Below are positions 19,705 through 29,548 of a stretch of DNA of 64,000 bases, in pieces (the first letter of the stretch is position 1; every line of letters begins with the position of its first letter). A program made the position numbers and the translations under genes. The DNA comes from Nitrospina sp. (GTDB lineage Bacteria > Nitrospinota > Nitrospinia > Nitrospinales > VA-1), in the NCBI GenBank assembly GCA_018697205.1, contig JABHTG010000138.1, positions 23,940 to 87,939 on the forward strand, in the 5' to 3' direction. The notes beneath the pieces are model-generated. The model was not told the origin of the DNA, made no database searches, and worked only from the letters and a program-made list of their open reading frames with translations.

Positions 19705-21176
19705 TGGGTTCCATAAAAGGATTTATGCAGCATGAAAGAGAGACCCCAATTTCGCGTCCAATAGATAAGCGATTGCAAGATCATCTAGAAGTATATGACC
19801 CTCTTAGTGAAGAAAAATATATGGAACAGGGGGCTCGTTGCATGGACTGCGGAGTTCCATTTTGTCAAAGCGATAAAGGATGTCCTCTTGGGAATATGAT
19901 TCCTGACTGGAACGACATGGTGTATCAAGGTAAATGGGAAGAAGCTCTTACTCTTTTACTGAAGACCAATAATTTTCCAGAGTTTACTGGACGTATTTGT
20001 CCAGCACCCTGTGAAGGTTCATGCGTCCTTGGTATCAATGAATTGCCGGTCTCTATATGTAAAATTGAAGAAGCTATTGCAGAAAAGGGATTTGATAAAG
20101 GATTTATAAAGGCTAATCAACCTAAACATAGGACCGGGAAAAAAATTGCGATTGTGGGATCGGGCCCTGCTGGATTAGCTTGTGCTGATCAACTAAATCA
20201 GGCAGGACATTCGGTAACCGTCTATGAAAAATCTGACCGAGTAGGAGGCCTTTTAATGTATGGGATTCCAGGCTTTAAACTCGATAAGAAAGTGGTCAAG
20301 AGAAGAGTAAAGTTGATGGAGGATGAGGGAGTGACTTTCATTACAAGTGTCAATATAGGAGTAGACATACTTCTTAAAAAATTAGTTGATGACTTTGATG
20401 CTGTAGTGTTGTGTGGAGGATCAGAGAAACCTCGTGACCTCCCCATAGAAGGTAGGGACCTTGATGGTGTTCATTATGCGATGGAGTTTTTGCCACAGCA
20501 GAATAAACGTAATGAAGGTGATGTTGTTTCTAGGGAAGTTGCCATTGTTGCAAAAGATAAAAATGTTTTAATCATTGGTGGTGGGGACACTGGATCCGAT
20601 TGTCTTGGTACCTCACTTCGACAAGGCGCTGAAAACGTTTATCAATTTGAGTTATTACCGAAGCCTCCTGGTGAAAGAAAACCAACAAACCCTTGGCCTC
20701 AATGGCCCATGATTATGCGGGTGAGTTCATCACATCAAGAGGCAAAATCTGAAATTAGACAATTTAGTGTTTCTACAAAAAAGTTTTCTGGAGTTGAGGG
20801 AAAGCTTAATAAAGTTCATGCTTCTCAGGTAAAGTTTGGTGACCCAGATCCTGAGACCGGTCGGGCTCCATTAATTGAGGTACCTGGTTCCGAGTTTGAA
20901 TTGGATGTCGATCTAGTATTGCTTGCTATGGGTTTTGTTCATCCAGTACATGAAGGAATGATTTCTGAGATTGGTGTTAAACTTGATGATCGTGGTAATG
21001 TTTGGTGTGATGAAGATAAAATGACAAGTATTGATGGCGTTTTTGTTGCAGGTGATATGGCGCGTGGCCAATCCTTAGTTGTTTGGGCCATTGCCGAAGG
21101 GCGCGAAGCAGCAAGAGGTGTAGATAAATATCTTATGAATACAACTGTTCTTCCTCATAGTCAGTTTTTAAAATAG
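19704..21176 (+). CDS. gltD: Glutamate synthase small subunit
   Basis: [38 protein letters not shown] and [10 protein letters not shown]. The ATG overlaps the gltB stop (TGATG). Confidence 0.97.
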   Translation: MGSIKGFMQHERETPISRPIDKRLQDHLEVYDPLSEEKYMEQGARCMDCGVPFCQSDKGCPLGNMIPDWNDMVYQGKWEEALTLLLKTNNFPEFTGRICPAPCEGSCVLGINELPVSICKIEEAIAEKGFDKGFIKANQPKHRTGKKIAIVGSGPAGLACADQLNQAGHSVTVYEKSDRVGGLLMYGIPGFKLDKKVVKRRVKLMEDEGVTFITSVNIGVDILLKKLVDDFDAVVLCGGSEKPRDLPIEGRDLDGVHYAMEFLPQQNKRNEGDVVSREVAIVAKDKNVLIIGGGDTGSDCLGTSLRQGAENVYQFELLPKPPGERKPTNPWPQWPMIMRVSSSHQEAKSEIRQFSVSTKKFSGVEGKLNKVHASQVKFGDPDPETGRAPLIEVPGSEFELDVDLVLLAMGFVHPVHEGMISEIGVKLDDRGNVWCDEDKMTSIDGVFVAGDMARGQSLVVWAIAEGREAARGVDKYLMNTTVLPHSQFLK

Positions 21177-21298
21177 CTATTTAACCACCTACCTATTAAA
21201 TGTGTGTGGGTGGAAAGGATAGATGATTGAATCATTTTTTTAATTTCTTAATGAAAGGAGGTATTTTGTTATAGATAGAACCTCTTTCTTCGATTTAA

Positions 21299-22390
21299 TT
21301 AAAGTTTTAGTTTTTGAAAAAATCCCTTGAGTGTTTCCTTAATTGGATTGCCTTCGATTTCAGCAAGTTCTTGGAAAATTTCTTTTTGTTTCTTATTTAG
21401 TTTCTTAGGTGTTTCAACCATCATTTGAATGATTTGATCACCTCTACCATTCCCACGAACATGGGGAATACCAGCGCCAGTGATACGCATCATCTCTCCA
21501 GATTGAGTTCCTGGCTTAACTTTAATAATCTTGCTTTCATCATTTAGTAGAGGAACCTCAATTTCAGCTCCAAGTGCAGCTTGGGAAAACGAAAGATTTA
21601 AACGACAATATACATCGTACTCTTGGCGTTGAAATATTTCATCGGGAGCAACACGGATAAATATATATAAATCGCCCGGTTGTAAGCCAGGCGGCCCCGC
21701 TTCTCCTTCGCCACGTAAACGTAATCTTGATCCATCGTTTACGCCGGCTGGTATAGTAGCGTTAATTGTTTTTTTTTCAGGAACCCTTCCTTCTCCATAG
21801 CATGTGTTACAGGGGTGTTCAATTAATTGTCCTTGGCCTCGGCATGCAGGGCAGGGGGATGCCATATTAAAAAAACCTTGCGTACGAACCACTTGTCCTG
21901 TCCCTCTGCATGTTGAGCAGGTCTTAGGAGATGTTCCAGCTTTTGCCCCGGACCCCTGACAAGAATTGCAATTCCCCTGTTTAGTGATATCCACTTTTTT
22001 TTCTGTACCAAAAGCTGCTTCAGTAAAAGAAATTGTCACATCTAGTCTCAGGTCAGCGCCGGTTTGTTCTCGGCGCCCACCACCACCTCCAAAAAAATCT
22101 TGGAAAATGTCACCGAAAGATGAAGCAATATCGTCAAAACCATGAAACCCGTTGAACCCTCTTCCTTTCAGTCCTTCATGGCCAAACTGATTGTATATTT
22201 GCCTTTTTTCAGGATCTTTAAGAACTTCATAGGCTTCTGCAGCTTCTTTAAATTTTTCTTCTGCCGTATGGTCACCTGGGTTTTTATCGGGGTGATATTT
22301 CATTGCCAATAGGCGGTATGCTTTTTTAAGCTCCGATTCTGAGGCCTGATTCGATACGTTTAAGACTTGGTAGTAGTCACGTTGACTCAT
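21299..22390 (-). CDS. dnaJ: Chaperone DnaJ
   Basis: J domain with HPD, G/F region and four CxxCxGxG repeats. Confidence 0.97.
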   Translation of the reverse strand: MSQRDYYQVLNVSNQASESELKKAYRLLAMKYHPDKNPGDHTAEEKFKEAAEAYEVLKDPEKRQIYNQFGHEGLKGRGFNGFHGFDDIASSFGDIFQDFFGGGGGRREQTGADLRLDVTISFTEAAFGTEKKVDITKQGNCNSCQGSGAKAGTSPKTCSTCRGTGQVVRTQGFFNMASPCPACRGQGQLIEHPCNTCYGEGRVPEKKTINATIPAGVNDGSRLRLRGEGEAGPPGLQPGDLYIFIRVAPDEIFQRQEYDVYCRLNLSFSQAALGAEIEVPLLNDESKIIKVKPGTQSGEMMRITGAGIPHVRGNGRGDQIIQMMVETPKKLNKKQKEIFQELAEIEGNPIKETLKGFFQKLKL

Positions 22391-22398
22391 AAAACTCC

Positions 22399-23013
22399 TT
22401 ACTTTTTCAACTTTGCAATTTTAACTTTAGCCGCCTTGATCAGCTTTTCCTTGAATCGGTAACCTGTTTCAAGTTCTTCGACGATGAGCTCATCTTGAGA
22501 TTTATCTTCTGTCTCGACTGTCAGAAAAACTTCATGAGATTTTGGGTCAAATTTTTCGCCAACAGAAGAGACAGTTTCCACACCATTTTCTTTAAGCTCA
22601 TTCGAGAATTGATTGATGACAAGATTGATGCCTTGTTGGAGAGAATCTAGATCTTTTGACTGCGAGGAAGATAGAGCAGCTCGTTTAAGATTATCGAGTA
22701 TTGGGACTAATCTCGCAAAGAGGATAGCTTTGAATTGATCAAGCCGTGTCTCGTTTTCTTTTTGCAATCGAATTCTAAACGCATCATTTTCTGCATTTTT
22801 ATCCTTGTATGCAGCGATATATTCTCGAAGTTTTTTGTCTTTTTCTTCTGCTTCATTTTTTAAATTTTCTACAAAATTAGGTAGTCTTTCCTCTATAGGT
22901 TTATTGGCGGTATCTTTATCGTTTGATTCCTCACTTTCATCAACCCAATGCCTGCGATCCAATACTTTCATCTTGGGAGTTTCTCGTTTTTTATTTTTTT
23001 TAATTTCTGCCAT
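22399..23013 (-). CDS. grpE: Nucleotide exchange factor GrpE
   Basis: ILDNLKRA, FDPKSHE, GY...LIKAAKV; lies between dnaK and dnaJ. Confidence 0.92.
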   Translation of the reverse strand: MAEIKKNKKRETPKMKVLDRRHWVDESEESNDKDTANKPIEERLPNFVENLKNEAEEKDKKLREYIAAYKDKNAENDAFRIRLQKENETRLDQFKAILFARLVPILDNLKRAALSSSQSKDLDSLQQGINLVINQFSNELKENGVETVSSVGEKFDPKSHEVFLTVETEDKSQDELIVEELETGYRFKEKLIKAAKVKIAKLKK

Positions 23014-23047
23014 AGAGCTTATAATGATTTGAGTTTAAGAGGTATAG

Positions 23048-23095
23048 AACTAAATTGTCCCTTGTCAGGTATTGCTGACTAGGGACAATTTAGTT
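23048..23095. terminator. Strong intercistronic stem-loop between dnaK and grpE
   Basis: AACTAAATTGTCCCT/AGGGACAATTTAGTT (15 bp) plus GTCAG/CTGAC (5 bp), 6-nt loop. Confidence 0.6.
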
Positions 23096-23112
23096 ATTGT
23101 ATTTTGTGGGTA

Positions 23113-25026
23113 TTATTTTTTGCTGATATCTTCGAACTCAGCATCGACAACATCATCATCTGCAGGGGCACTTCCATCAGTAGGTTGGTCGCCATCGTTA
23201 GGCGCTTCACCATCTGCTCCACCTTCTGCTTGTGTTTTTGCATACATTGCCGAAGCAAGTTTATGAGCAATTTCATTAACTTTTTCGATCTGGCTTTTCA
23301 TCTCCTCAGCAGTACCCTCGAGATGTTTCTTTGCTTCTTCAATTGCTTCTTCAGCTGCCTTGATGTCCTCTTCAGGGAGCTTATCTTTATTTTCTCGAAT
23401 AGTTTTTTCAGTTCCATAAATTACTGAATCGAGCTGATTCTTCACATCTATAGACTCACGACGTTCCTTATCAGCATCAGCATTTGCCTCAGCATCCTTG
23501 ACCATATTTTCGATATCACTATCGGATAGACCAGTAGAATCGGTAATGGTAATTTTTTGCTCTTTGTTGGTGCCTTTATCTTTAGCAGAAACGTTAATTA
23601 TGCCATTTGCATCTATGTCGAAGGTGACTTCAACTTGTGGGACACCTCTAGGTGCAGGTGGAATTCCATCTAAATTAAACTGTCCAAGAGAACGATTATC
23701 TTTTGACATTTCTCTTTCACCCTGAACCACATTAATTTCCACACTTGGCTGATTATCTGATGCGGTTGAAAATACCTCACTTTTTCTTGTGGGTATTGTT
23801 GTGTTACGTTCGATTAGCTTTGTTGTTACACCTCCTAGTGTTTCGATTCCAAGGGACAGCGGTGTGACATCGAGTAATAAAATATCTTTTACATCGCCAG
23901 AAAGAACACCTGCCTGAACAGCTGCACCAAGAGCAACAACTTCATCGGGGTTTACTCCACGATGGGGTTCTTTACCGAACATTTCCTTTACCACATCACC
24001 AACCTTTGGAACACGAGTAGATCCACCAACCAGAACGGCTTCGTCAATTTTGCCAGCCTCTAAGCCTGCGTCCTTAAGGGCATTGAGACATGGTTTTTTT
24101 GATCTTTCTATCAAATCATCTACCATGGATTCAAATTTGGCACGAGAAAGCTTCATGTTTAAATGTTTTGGACCGCTGGCATCTGCAGTAACGAAAGGTA
24201 AATTAATATCAGTTTCGTTAGTCGTAGAAAGCTCAATCTTAGCTTTTTCAGCAGCTTCTTTAAGCCTTTGTAGTGCCATGTTATCTTTGGATAGATCAAC
24301 TCCTTGATCTTTTTTAAACTCTGTCACCAGCCAGTCAATTACTCGTTGATCCAAATTGTCACCACCTAAATGAGTGTCACCATTTGTTGCTTTTACTTCT
24401 ACAACATTGTCACCTACTTCCAGAATGGAAACATCAAAAGTACCACCACCAAAATCATAAACACTAATCATGTGGTCTTTTTTCTTGTCAAGGCCATATG
24501 CTAGGGCCGAGGCAGTTGGTTCATTGATTATTCGTTTAACATCAAGACCAGCAATCTTACCAGCATCTTTAGTTGCTTGTCGTTGTGCATCATTAAAGTA
24601 TGCTGGTACGGTAATTACTGCTTCTGAAACTGTTTCACCTAGATAAGACTCAGCTGATTTTTTTAGTTTCTGTAAAATCATTGCTGAAATTTCAGGGGGG
24701 CTATATTTTTTATCTCCAATCTTGATTTTTAATTCTTTTTTAGTTCCTTTTTCCACTTTGTAAGGAACCATCTTCATTTCTTCAGAAACCTCATCAATAG
24801 AACGACCCATAAAACGCTTAACTGAAAATATTGTATTTTCTGGATTAGCAATTGCTTGACGTTTTGCAACTTGCCCAACAAGAATTTCGCCTTCTTTAGT
24901 GAATGCGACAACAGAAGGAGTGGTACGACTCCCTTCTTCGTTAAGTATTACCTTGGGTTCGCTTCCCTCCATAACTGCAACCACAGAGTTTGTGGTTCCA
25001 AGGTCGATTCCGATAATTTTTCCCAT
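23113..25026 (-). CDS. dnaK: Chaperone DnaK (Hsp70)
   Basis: [27 protein letters not shown] and C-terminal VVDAEFED. Confidence 0.99.
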   Translation of the reverse strand: MGKIIGIDLGTTNSVVAVMEGSEPKVILNEEGSRTTPSVVAFTKEGEILVGQVAKRQAIANPENTIFSVKRFMGRSIDEVSEEMKMVPYKVEKGTKKELKIKIGDKKYSPPEISAMILQKLKKSAESYLGETVSEAVITVPAYFNDAQRQATKDAGKIAGLDVKRIINEPTASALAYGLDKKKDHMISVYDFGGGTFDVSILEVGDNVVEVKATNGDTHLGGDNLDQRVIDWLVTEFKKDQGVDLSKDNMALQRLKEAAEKAKIELSTTNETDINLPFVTADASGPKHLNMKLSRAKFESMVDDLIERSKKPCLNALKDAGLEAGKIDEAVLVGGSTRVPKVGDVVKEMFGKEPHRGVNPDEVVALGAAVQAGVLSGDVKDILLLDVTPLSLGIETLGGVTTKLIERNTTIPTRKSEVFSTASDNQPSVEINVVQGEREMSKDNRSLGQFNLDGIPPAPRGVPQVEVTFDIDANGIINVSAKDKGTNKEQKITITDSTGLSDSDIENMVKDAEANADADKERRESIDVKNQLDSVIYGTEKTIRENKDKLPEEDIKAAEEAIEEAKKHLEGTAEEMKSQIEKVNEIAHKLASAMYAKTQAEGGADGEAPNDGDQPTDGSAPADDDVVDAEFEDISKK

Positions 25027-25130
25027 AATGCTTATTCCTTTCTAAAATTGACTCTCAACATTCAAAAATTTTTAGAGTTTATAGTAAAAGGCCCTATAAA
25101 GGGCACTAAATCTCTCATTATTGTGTAAAT

Positions 25131-25160
25131 GGTATAAGATTCGACCTTACCAATGTCAAG
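25131..25160 (-). promoter_or_regulatory. Candidate dnaK promoter
   Basis: Minus strand reads CTTGACA-N17-TATACC; this also resembles an RpoH-type CTTG...CTTAT. No CIRCE seen. Confidence 0.35.
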
Positions 25161-25376
25161 GTAACCTTATAGATATTTTCTACCAGTTGTAATTTTTAGT
25201 GAATGATTATGAAAACATTAGAAATAGTTGTTTTTTTCAAGTTAGATGCGATTTTTAGTTTGTTTGGCTAAAATCATGAAAATATTTTTAATAAAATAGA
25301 ATGTTTAATTCTGTAAGTTTTATTTTTTAATTTATAATTATAAAAACGAAACTGATGAAATGTATTAGGAGATAAG

Positions 25377-25628
25377 TTGGAAAAGTATATTAATAAAAAT
25401 GGTTTGCCTGTTGGAACTACGCCGAAGGAATTGTTCGAAGAGGTAATGAGAGGAACGGGTTTTGTTATGGGCCCTACTGTTTCAATTTTCAAGGAAAATG
25501 CAGGCCTTCATGATAAAAAAATTGTAGTTTCAAGGATGCTGAGTTCAAAACGTTCTGCAGAGACCCAAACATTTTTGGTAAGCCAGTTCCAAGAAGCAGT
25601 TGATCTTTTTAATAGTTGGAGAAACTAG
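25377..25628 (+). CDS. Hypothetical protein
   Basis: RBS TAGGAG with TTG start; 83 aa. Confidence 0.6.
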   Translation: MEKYINKNGLPVGTTPKELFEEVMRGTGFVMGPTVSIFKENAGLHDKKIVVSRMLSSKRSAETQTFLVSQFQEAVDLFNSWRN

Positions 25629-25741
25629 CATTAAAATAAATTTTGGAGATCAGTTTCTTTGATTTTATATTTAACTGACTTAAAGAAGTTATGTTAAGAG
25701 CTAAAGACCTAGTTTAATTTATTTAAGTTTGAGGATACTCA

Positions 25742-26152
25742 ATGTTACCTGAATGGAAATTATTTATAAAAGAAATAGAAGATAAAAAAGAAAATCTGCA
25801 AGGAGCTGATTTAGGAAATAAAAAACTTATGGGTGCTAATTTAACTGGAGCAGATTTGACGGATGCAGACTTAAGTATTTCTTACCTAATAAAAGCAGAC
25901 TTAAGCAATGCAAATCTAACCAATGCTGATTTGACAGGAGCAGTAATGAGTGAGGCTAAATTTAACGGCGCTAATTTAGATGGAGCGGAACTAGAGGATG
26001 CTTTCCTGCATGGAGCAGATCTTACTAGGGTTATCAACCTTACTTGCGAGCAACTTGATCTTGCTAACTTTGACAAAGAAACTCTGTTCCCAGAATATAT
26101 TCAAATTAACTGGAATTCTGATAATACTTTTACATGTTGCGATAGAGATTAA
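25742..26152 (+). CDS. Pentapeptide repeat protein
   Basis: A(D/N)LxG/X repeats; RBS GAGGA. Confidence 0.9.
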   Translation: MLPEWKLFIKEIEDKKENLQGADLGNKKLMGANLTGADLTDADLSISYLIKADLSNANLTNADLTGAVMSEAKFNGANLDGAELEDAFLHGADLTRVINLTCEQLDLANFDKETLFPEYIQINWNSDNTFTCCDRD

Positions 26153-26160
26153 GAGGGGGT

Positions 26161-26439
26161 TTAAAAAACTTCGTTAACTAAACCGCCTTTTCCAACTTCT
26201 GGTCCGGGTAGTATTTTTGTGGATTCAGCGGTGTTGACTTTATTCATCCCTATCTTTGAACCCATGTCAAACTTAGCCCCCATATCCCGAACAGCTTCGG
26301 CTTCTGGAGCCAAAGATTTCAAACTAGATTTTTGGGCAGATGCCATCTGCTGTATTACTTTAAATTTGCTATTGATGCCTTCCGAGTTTTGTGAAGCACC
26401 TAAGCCTGACGAAAATCCAGAATTTTCCATGACCACCAC
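26161..26439 (-). CDS. Hypothetical protein (loose resemblance to YjfB-type small proteins)
   Basis: RBS GGGGAG; low-complexity sequence ending in GKGGLVNEVF. Confidence 0.55.
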   Translation of the reverse strand: MVVMENSGFSSGLGASQNSEGINSKFKVIQQMASAQKSSLKSLAPEAEAVRDMGAKFDMGSKIGMNKVNTAESTKILPGPEVGKGGLVNEVF

Positions 26440-26676
26440 TCCCCAGTAAATAGTCTGTTTATTTAGGCGCCGATTCCATGGCTTTTTATGTAATAATGCA
26501 ATCCTTCGCTAATTTTTTAATAGATTATGTTCTACTGCCTTGAATTACAAGGTTTTTTTATTTTAAATAGTTGGGAAATTGATATTATTTTTTTAAAACA
26601 AAAAAACCTACAATATATCAATAACTTGTAATTTGATGCTAATAGTTACTTTTTTGGGGTATAACATCAAAACCGA

Positions 26677-26958
26677 TCAAATATCAATAATGTCATCACT
26701 TTCAGATGGCTTTGAGTGATAGCTTTGGTTTGTGAAAGTATTACTTTTGCTATATTGGTTATTGTTTGATTTTAGTTGATTTTTCCGGAAGAATCTTAGG
26801 ATTAAAATCACTACCCCAATCACGAGGGCTATCACGAAAAGTGTGAATGTGAAAAATGACAGCAACGCAACGATCGCTCCAATCCAAAGAATTAGAGAAA
26901 CTTTGTTCCAGAAGGTCATCCTTCTTACTGTTTGGCCTCCAAATTGATGAAGTGTCAC
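26677..26958 (-). CDS. Small membrane protein
   Basis: Hydrophobic hairpin and C-terminal DDIIDI tail. Confidence 0.65.
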   Translation of the reverse strand: MTLHQFGGQTVRRMTFWNKVSLILWIGAIVALLSFFTFTLFVIALVIGVVILILRFFRKNQLKSNNNQYSKSNTFTNQSYHSKPSESDDIIDI

Positions 26959-27013
26959 TTTTTATGATATATAGATTAATAAAATTTTATTAAATTGTAA
27001 GAATAATAAAACT

Positions 27014-27223
27014 ATGAGTCAGATACCATCTAGCATTATACCTTGTCCGACCTGCAAAGTAAAAAACCGGATCAAACAATTTCACTTTGATAAAATTCCT
27101 TTATGCGCTAAATGTGGAACAAGACTAGTCAGTGAAAGCGAAAATAAAACTCAAGTTTGGTTTAGTGAGTCACTTAAAGATATCTCCGGTATCCCTGATC
27201 CCGATTTTTTGGGTGAATCGTGA
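27014..27223 (+). CDS. Stand-alone zinc-finger protein (thioredoxin-2 N-terminal type)
   Basis: CPTCKVKNRI...P.CAKCG..L. Confidence 0.65.
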   Translation: MSQIPSSIIPCPTCKVKNRIKQFHFDKIPLCAKCGTRLVSESENKTQVWFSESLKDISGIPDPDFLGES

Positions 27224-27308
27224 AATAATATTAAATTTAAATTATTGTTTGATTTTTTTAATCTTATTTATTAAAAACTAATTAACTCTTTTACATTTAA
27301 GGAAAGCT

Positions 27309-27593
27309 ATGGATACGGTTGATACAATTGATAAAGTTTTAAAAGAAAAAATATCTGCTGACTATGTAGAGATTGTGGATGAGAGTCATTTACATCGAGG
27401 TCATAAGGCTGCAGGTGGAGGCGGACACTATTCAATTAAAGTTGTTTCAAAGCAATTTGAAAATATTGACTTAATAAACTGTATGCGGATGGTATACACT
27501 GCCTTGGACGACCAAATTAATGGTCAACCTAAGCTAATTCATGCCCTACAGATAAAAGCTTATACACCGTCTCAGTGGGATAAGGTGTCATAA
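27309..27593 (+). CDS. bolA: BolA family protein
   Basis: DESHLHRGH, GHY.I.VVS..F, R.VY.AL and IHALQI. Confidence 0.88.
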   Translation: MDTVDTIDKVLKEKISADYVEIVDESHLHRGHKAAGGGGHYSIKVVSKQFENIDLINCMRMVYTALDDQINGQPKLIHALQIKAYTPSQWDKVS

Positions 27594-27643
27594 AGTATCT
27601 ATTTTTATTGTACCTTTAGATGATCTGTTATGATTCGGTAGGG

Positions 27644-28126
27644 TTAAACTTCTAACTCTTCGCAGTTTTTTAACATTTCTGACTCGGTGAGGTACTTGTT
27701 CCCATCAGTTGTTACCTGATTTTTGTACAGGTCTAGCTTAAGATACTTTTTACTTTGTGGGGATTCCGCGAATGCTTTTGCACCTTCATCACCTATAACA
27801 TTTCCAAACATAGATAATGATTTTAACTTCGGGAATTTTTGGCTGTTGGCAATAGCGACGGCACCTTCATCTCCTATATCATTATGGTTGAGATTGAGCA
27901 TTTCTAGGTTACCTAAGTGAGGAGAGTTAGCCAATGCTTCAGCGCCCTCATCTGCACATTGATTTCCTGGAAGGACAAGTTCCTTAACATGTGCTAATTC
28001 TGGATTTTTTGCTAATTCCATTACACCTCTAAGTCCTAAAAACTTGTCTCTAAGATTTACTACTGTCCCATCGTCAGACATGTTTTCTTTTAAAAGTTTT
28101 TCAACTTTATTCATTAAACTCTCCAA
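27644..28126 (-). CDS. RNI/GALA-type leucine-rich repeat protein
   Basis: Repeats of LxLxxNxIGDEGAxALA. Confidence 0.8.
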   Translation of the reverse strand: MESLMNKVEKLLKENMSDDGTVVNLRDKFLGLRGVMELAKNPELAHVKELVLPGNQCADEGAEALANSPHLGNLEMLNLNHNDIGDEGAVAIANSQKFPKLKSLSMFGNVIGDEGAKAFAESPQSKKYLKLDLYKNQVTTDGNKYLTESEMLKNCEELEV

Positions 28127-28191
28127 CTTTAAAGTGGAACTTTTGACTTGTTTGTATTTTATCAGGTTTGAAAATAAATAGCTGTCGAAAT

Positions 28192-28226
28192 AAAAAACCG
28201 GTCACTAAACGTGACCGGTTTTTTTT
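28192..28226. terminator. Bidirectional intrinsic terminator
   Basis: AAAAAA-CCGGTCAC-TAAAC-GTGACCGG-TTTTTTTT. Confidence 0.85.
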
Positions 28227-28243
28227 GAATTATATAAAGAAAA

Positions 28244-29530
28244 TCACAAAAGCGGATCCAGGAAAAGCCCGTCAGTTTGCCACTTTTCTATTTCTTCTTT
28301 CGTGGGGATAGGGGGCACAGGTCTTTTCTCTGTCCGTGCATCCAATGGGTCATGGAACGTCCTAGCGTAAGCTTCTGCTTTCCATAGATAAAGGTGCTGA
28401 AACATTAGACCCCAAGGTGCCATAGCTGTACCATCTACACCCCTAGTAACTCGCTTGTACCATAATGAATCTGGCCAGTCCTCCATTTTGACACCAACAA
28501 GTTGATCTGGCATTTTATCAGTATCCATATTCTCTGCATTACGAAAATCCAGAGCTCCAGTCATCATGGGGATTCCATCTTTACCATGACAAACTGCACA
28601 GTTCAATCCATCAGTATTAGGCTCCAACCCTTCGAATACCACTTTACCTTCTTCAATTATTTTAGGGTCATCCCACCAAGTCCATTGATTTGGGAATTTC
28701 CCTTCAACGGGCATAACTGTAGGGTTACGTAAAGTTTTTAAATATGCAACTAGCGCATTTAATTCATCTTCACTTAAATCTTCATCATAGTAGGTAGGCA
28801 TGGCCTTTTTAGATTTTTTATCTTCATAGCCTGGGGATTGTATTTTTCGTGGCTCAAGAATTTGTTCTTTGATGTAATCCTCAGAATATAATCCAATTTG
28901 CTTGGTTCCGAGGTTAGGCCCACGGTCTGAGTTCCCCTCCCAAAAAACTTTATGACAATTGAAGCATTTGTTACTGGAAAAAACTTCACGGCCAGCTGCA
29001 ATAACCTCAGGGCCGGCAAGACCACTCAGCTTTATAGGGGGCCTATCTAGTTTTTCAATTTCATGCTGAGGATCAAACTGAGGGAGCTGAGCTGTTATAG
29101 TGATAAATAATCCAGAGGCCAATGCATAAGTTGTTAGAAGACGGAAGGTAGAGGTCAACTTAGACTTTTCAGGTTTAAGTGCCTTGGAGTCGAGAATTAG
29201 AAAATATACAAGTCCTACAAATGAAAATGCAACAAATTCTATTTGCCACCAGATGGGAAACCCAAGTTTCTCAGCTACAACCCATATAATTCCAGCAAGA
29301 ATAAGTACTATTGGCAGCTTAAACCCTAAATTTTTTCCAAAAGATATTTCTGTTTTTTTTCTTTGTGGGAGAGATAAAAGAAAAGCATACATCATCACGA
29401 CACCAGCAAAGCCCCAACTAGCACTCCGGGGTAGCTCAAACCAGGCAACAATAACCCATATAACAGCTGCTAATGGCAGAAATTTTAAAGTCATGCCAGT
29501 TAAGTTTTGAAAAAAAGACGGTTGTTGCAT
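28244..29530 (-). CDS. Membrane-anchored di-heme cytochrome c
   Basis: About five N-terminal TM helices; CFNCH and CAVCH, each with a distal Met (AMP, AMAPW). Confidence 0.88.
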   Translation of the reverse strand: MQQPSFFQNLTGMTLKFLPLAAVIWVIVAWFELPRSASWGFAGVVMMYAFLLSLPQRKKTEISFGKNLGFKLPIVLILAGIIWVVAEKLGFPIWWQIEFVAFSFVGLVYFLILDSKALKPEKSKLTSTFRLLTTYALASGLFITITAQLPQFDPQHEIEKLDRPPIKLSGLAGPEVIAAGREVFSSNKCFNCHKVFWEGNSDRGPNLGTKQIGLYSEDYIKEQILEPRKIQSPGYEDKKSKKAMPTYYDEDLSEDELNALVAYLKTLRNPTVMPVEGKFPNQWTWWDDPKIIEEGKVVFEGLEPNTDGLNCAVCHGKDGIPMMTGALDFRNAENMDTDKMPDQLVGVKMEDWPDSLWYKRVTRGVDGTAMAPWGLMFQHLYLWKAEAYARTFHDPLDARTEKRPVPPIPTKEEIEKWQTDGLFLDPLL

Positions 29531-29548
29531 TGTAACGCTCCTAAAATA

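Noticed and set aside
13494-25128. Many short ORFs overlapping leuA, gltB, gltD, dnaJ, grpE and dnaK
   Set aside because: Alternative-frame or antisense shadows of well-conserved genes, with no motifs of their own.
25030-25260. CIRCE/HrcA operator upstream of dnaK
   Set aside because: No TTAGCACTC-N9-GAGTGCTAA; only a short GCCCT/AGGGC hairpin.
26496-26513. Sigma54 promoter for 26161-26439 (minus strand TAGCGAAGGATTGCA)
   Set aside because: Lacks the invariant GG and the spacing is off by one.
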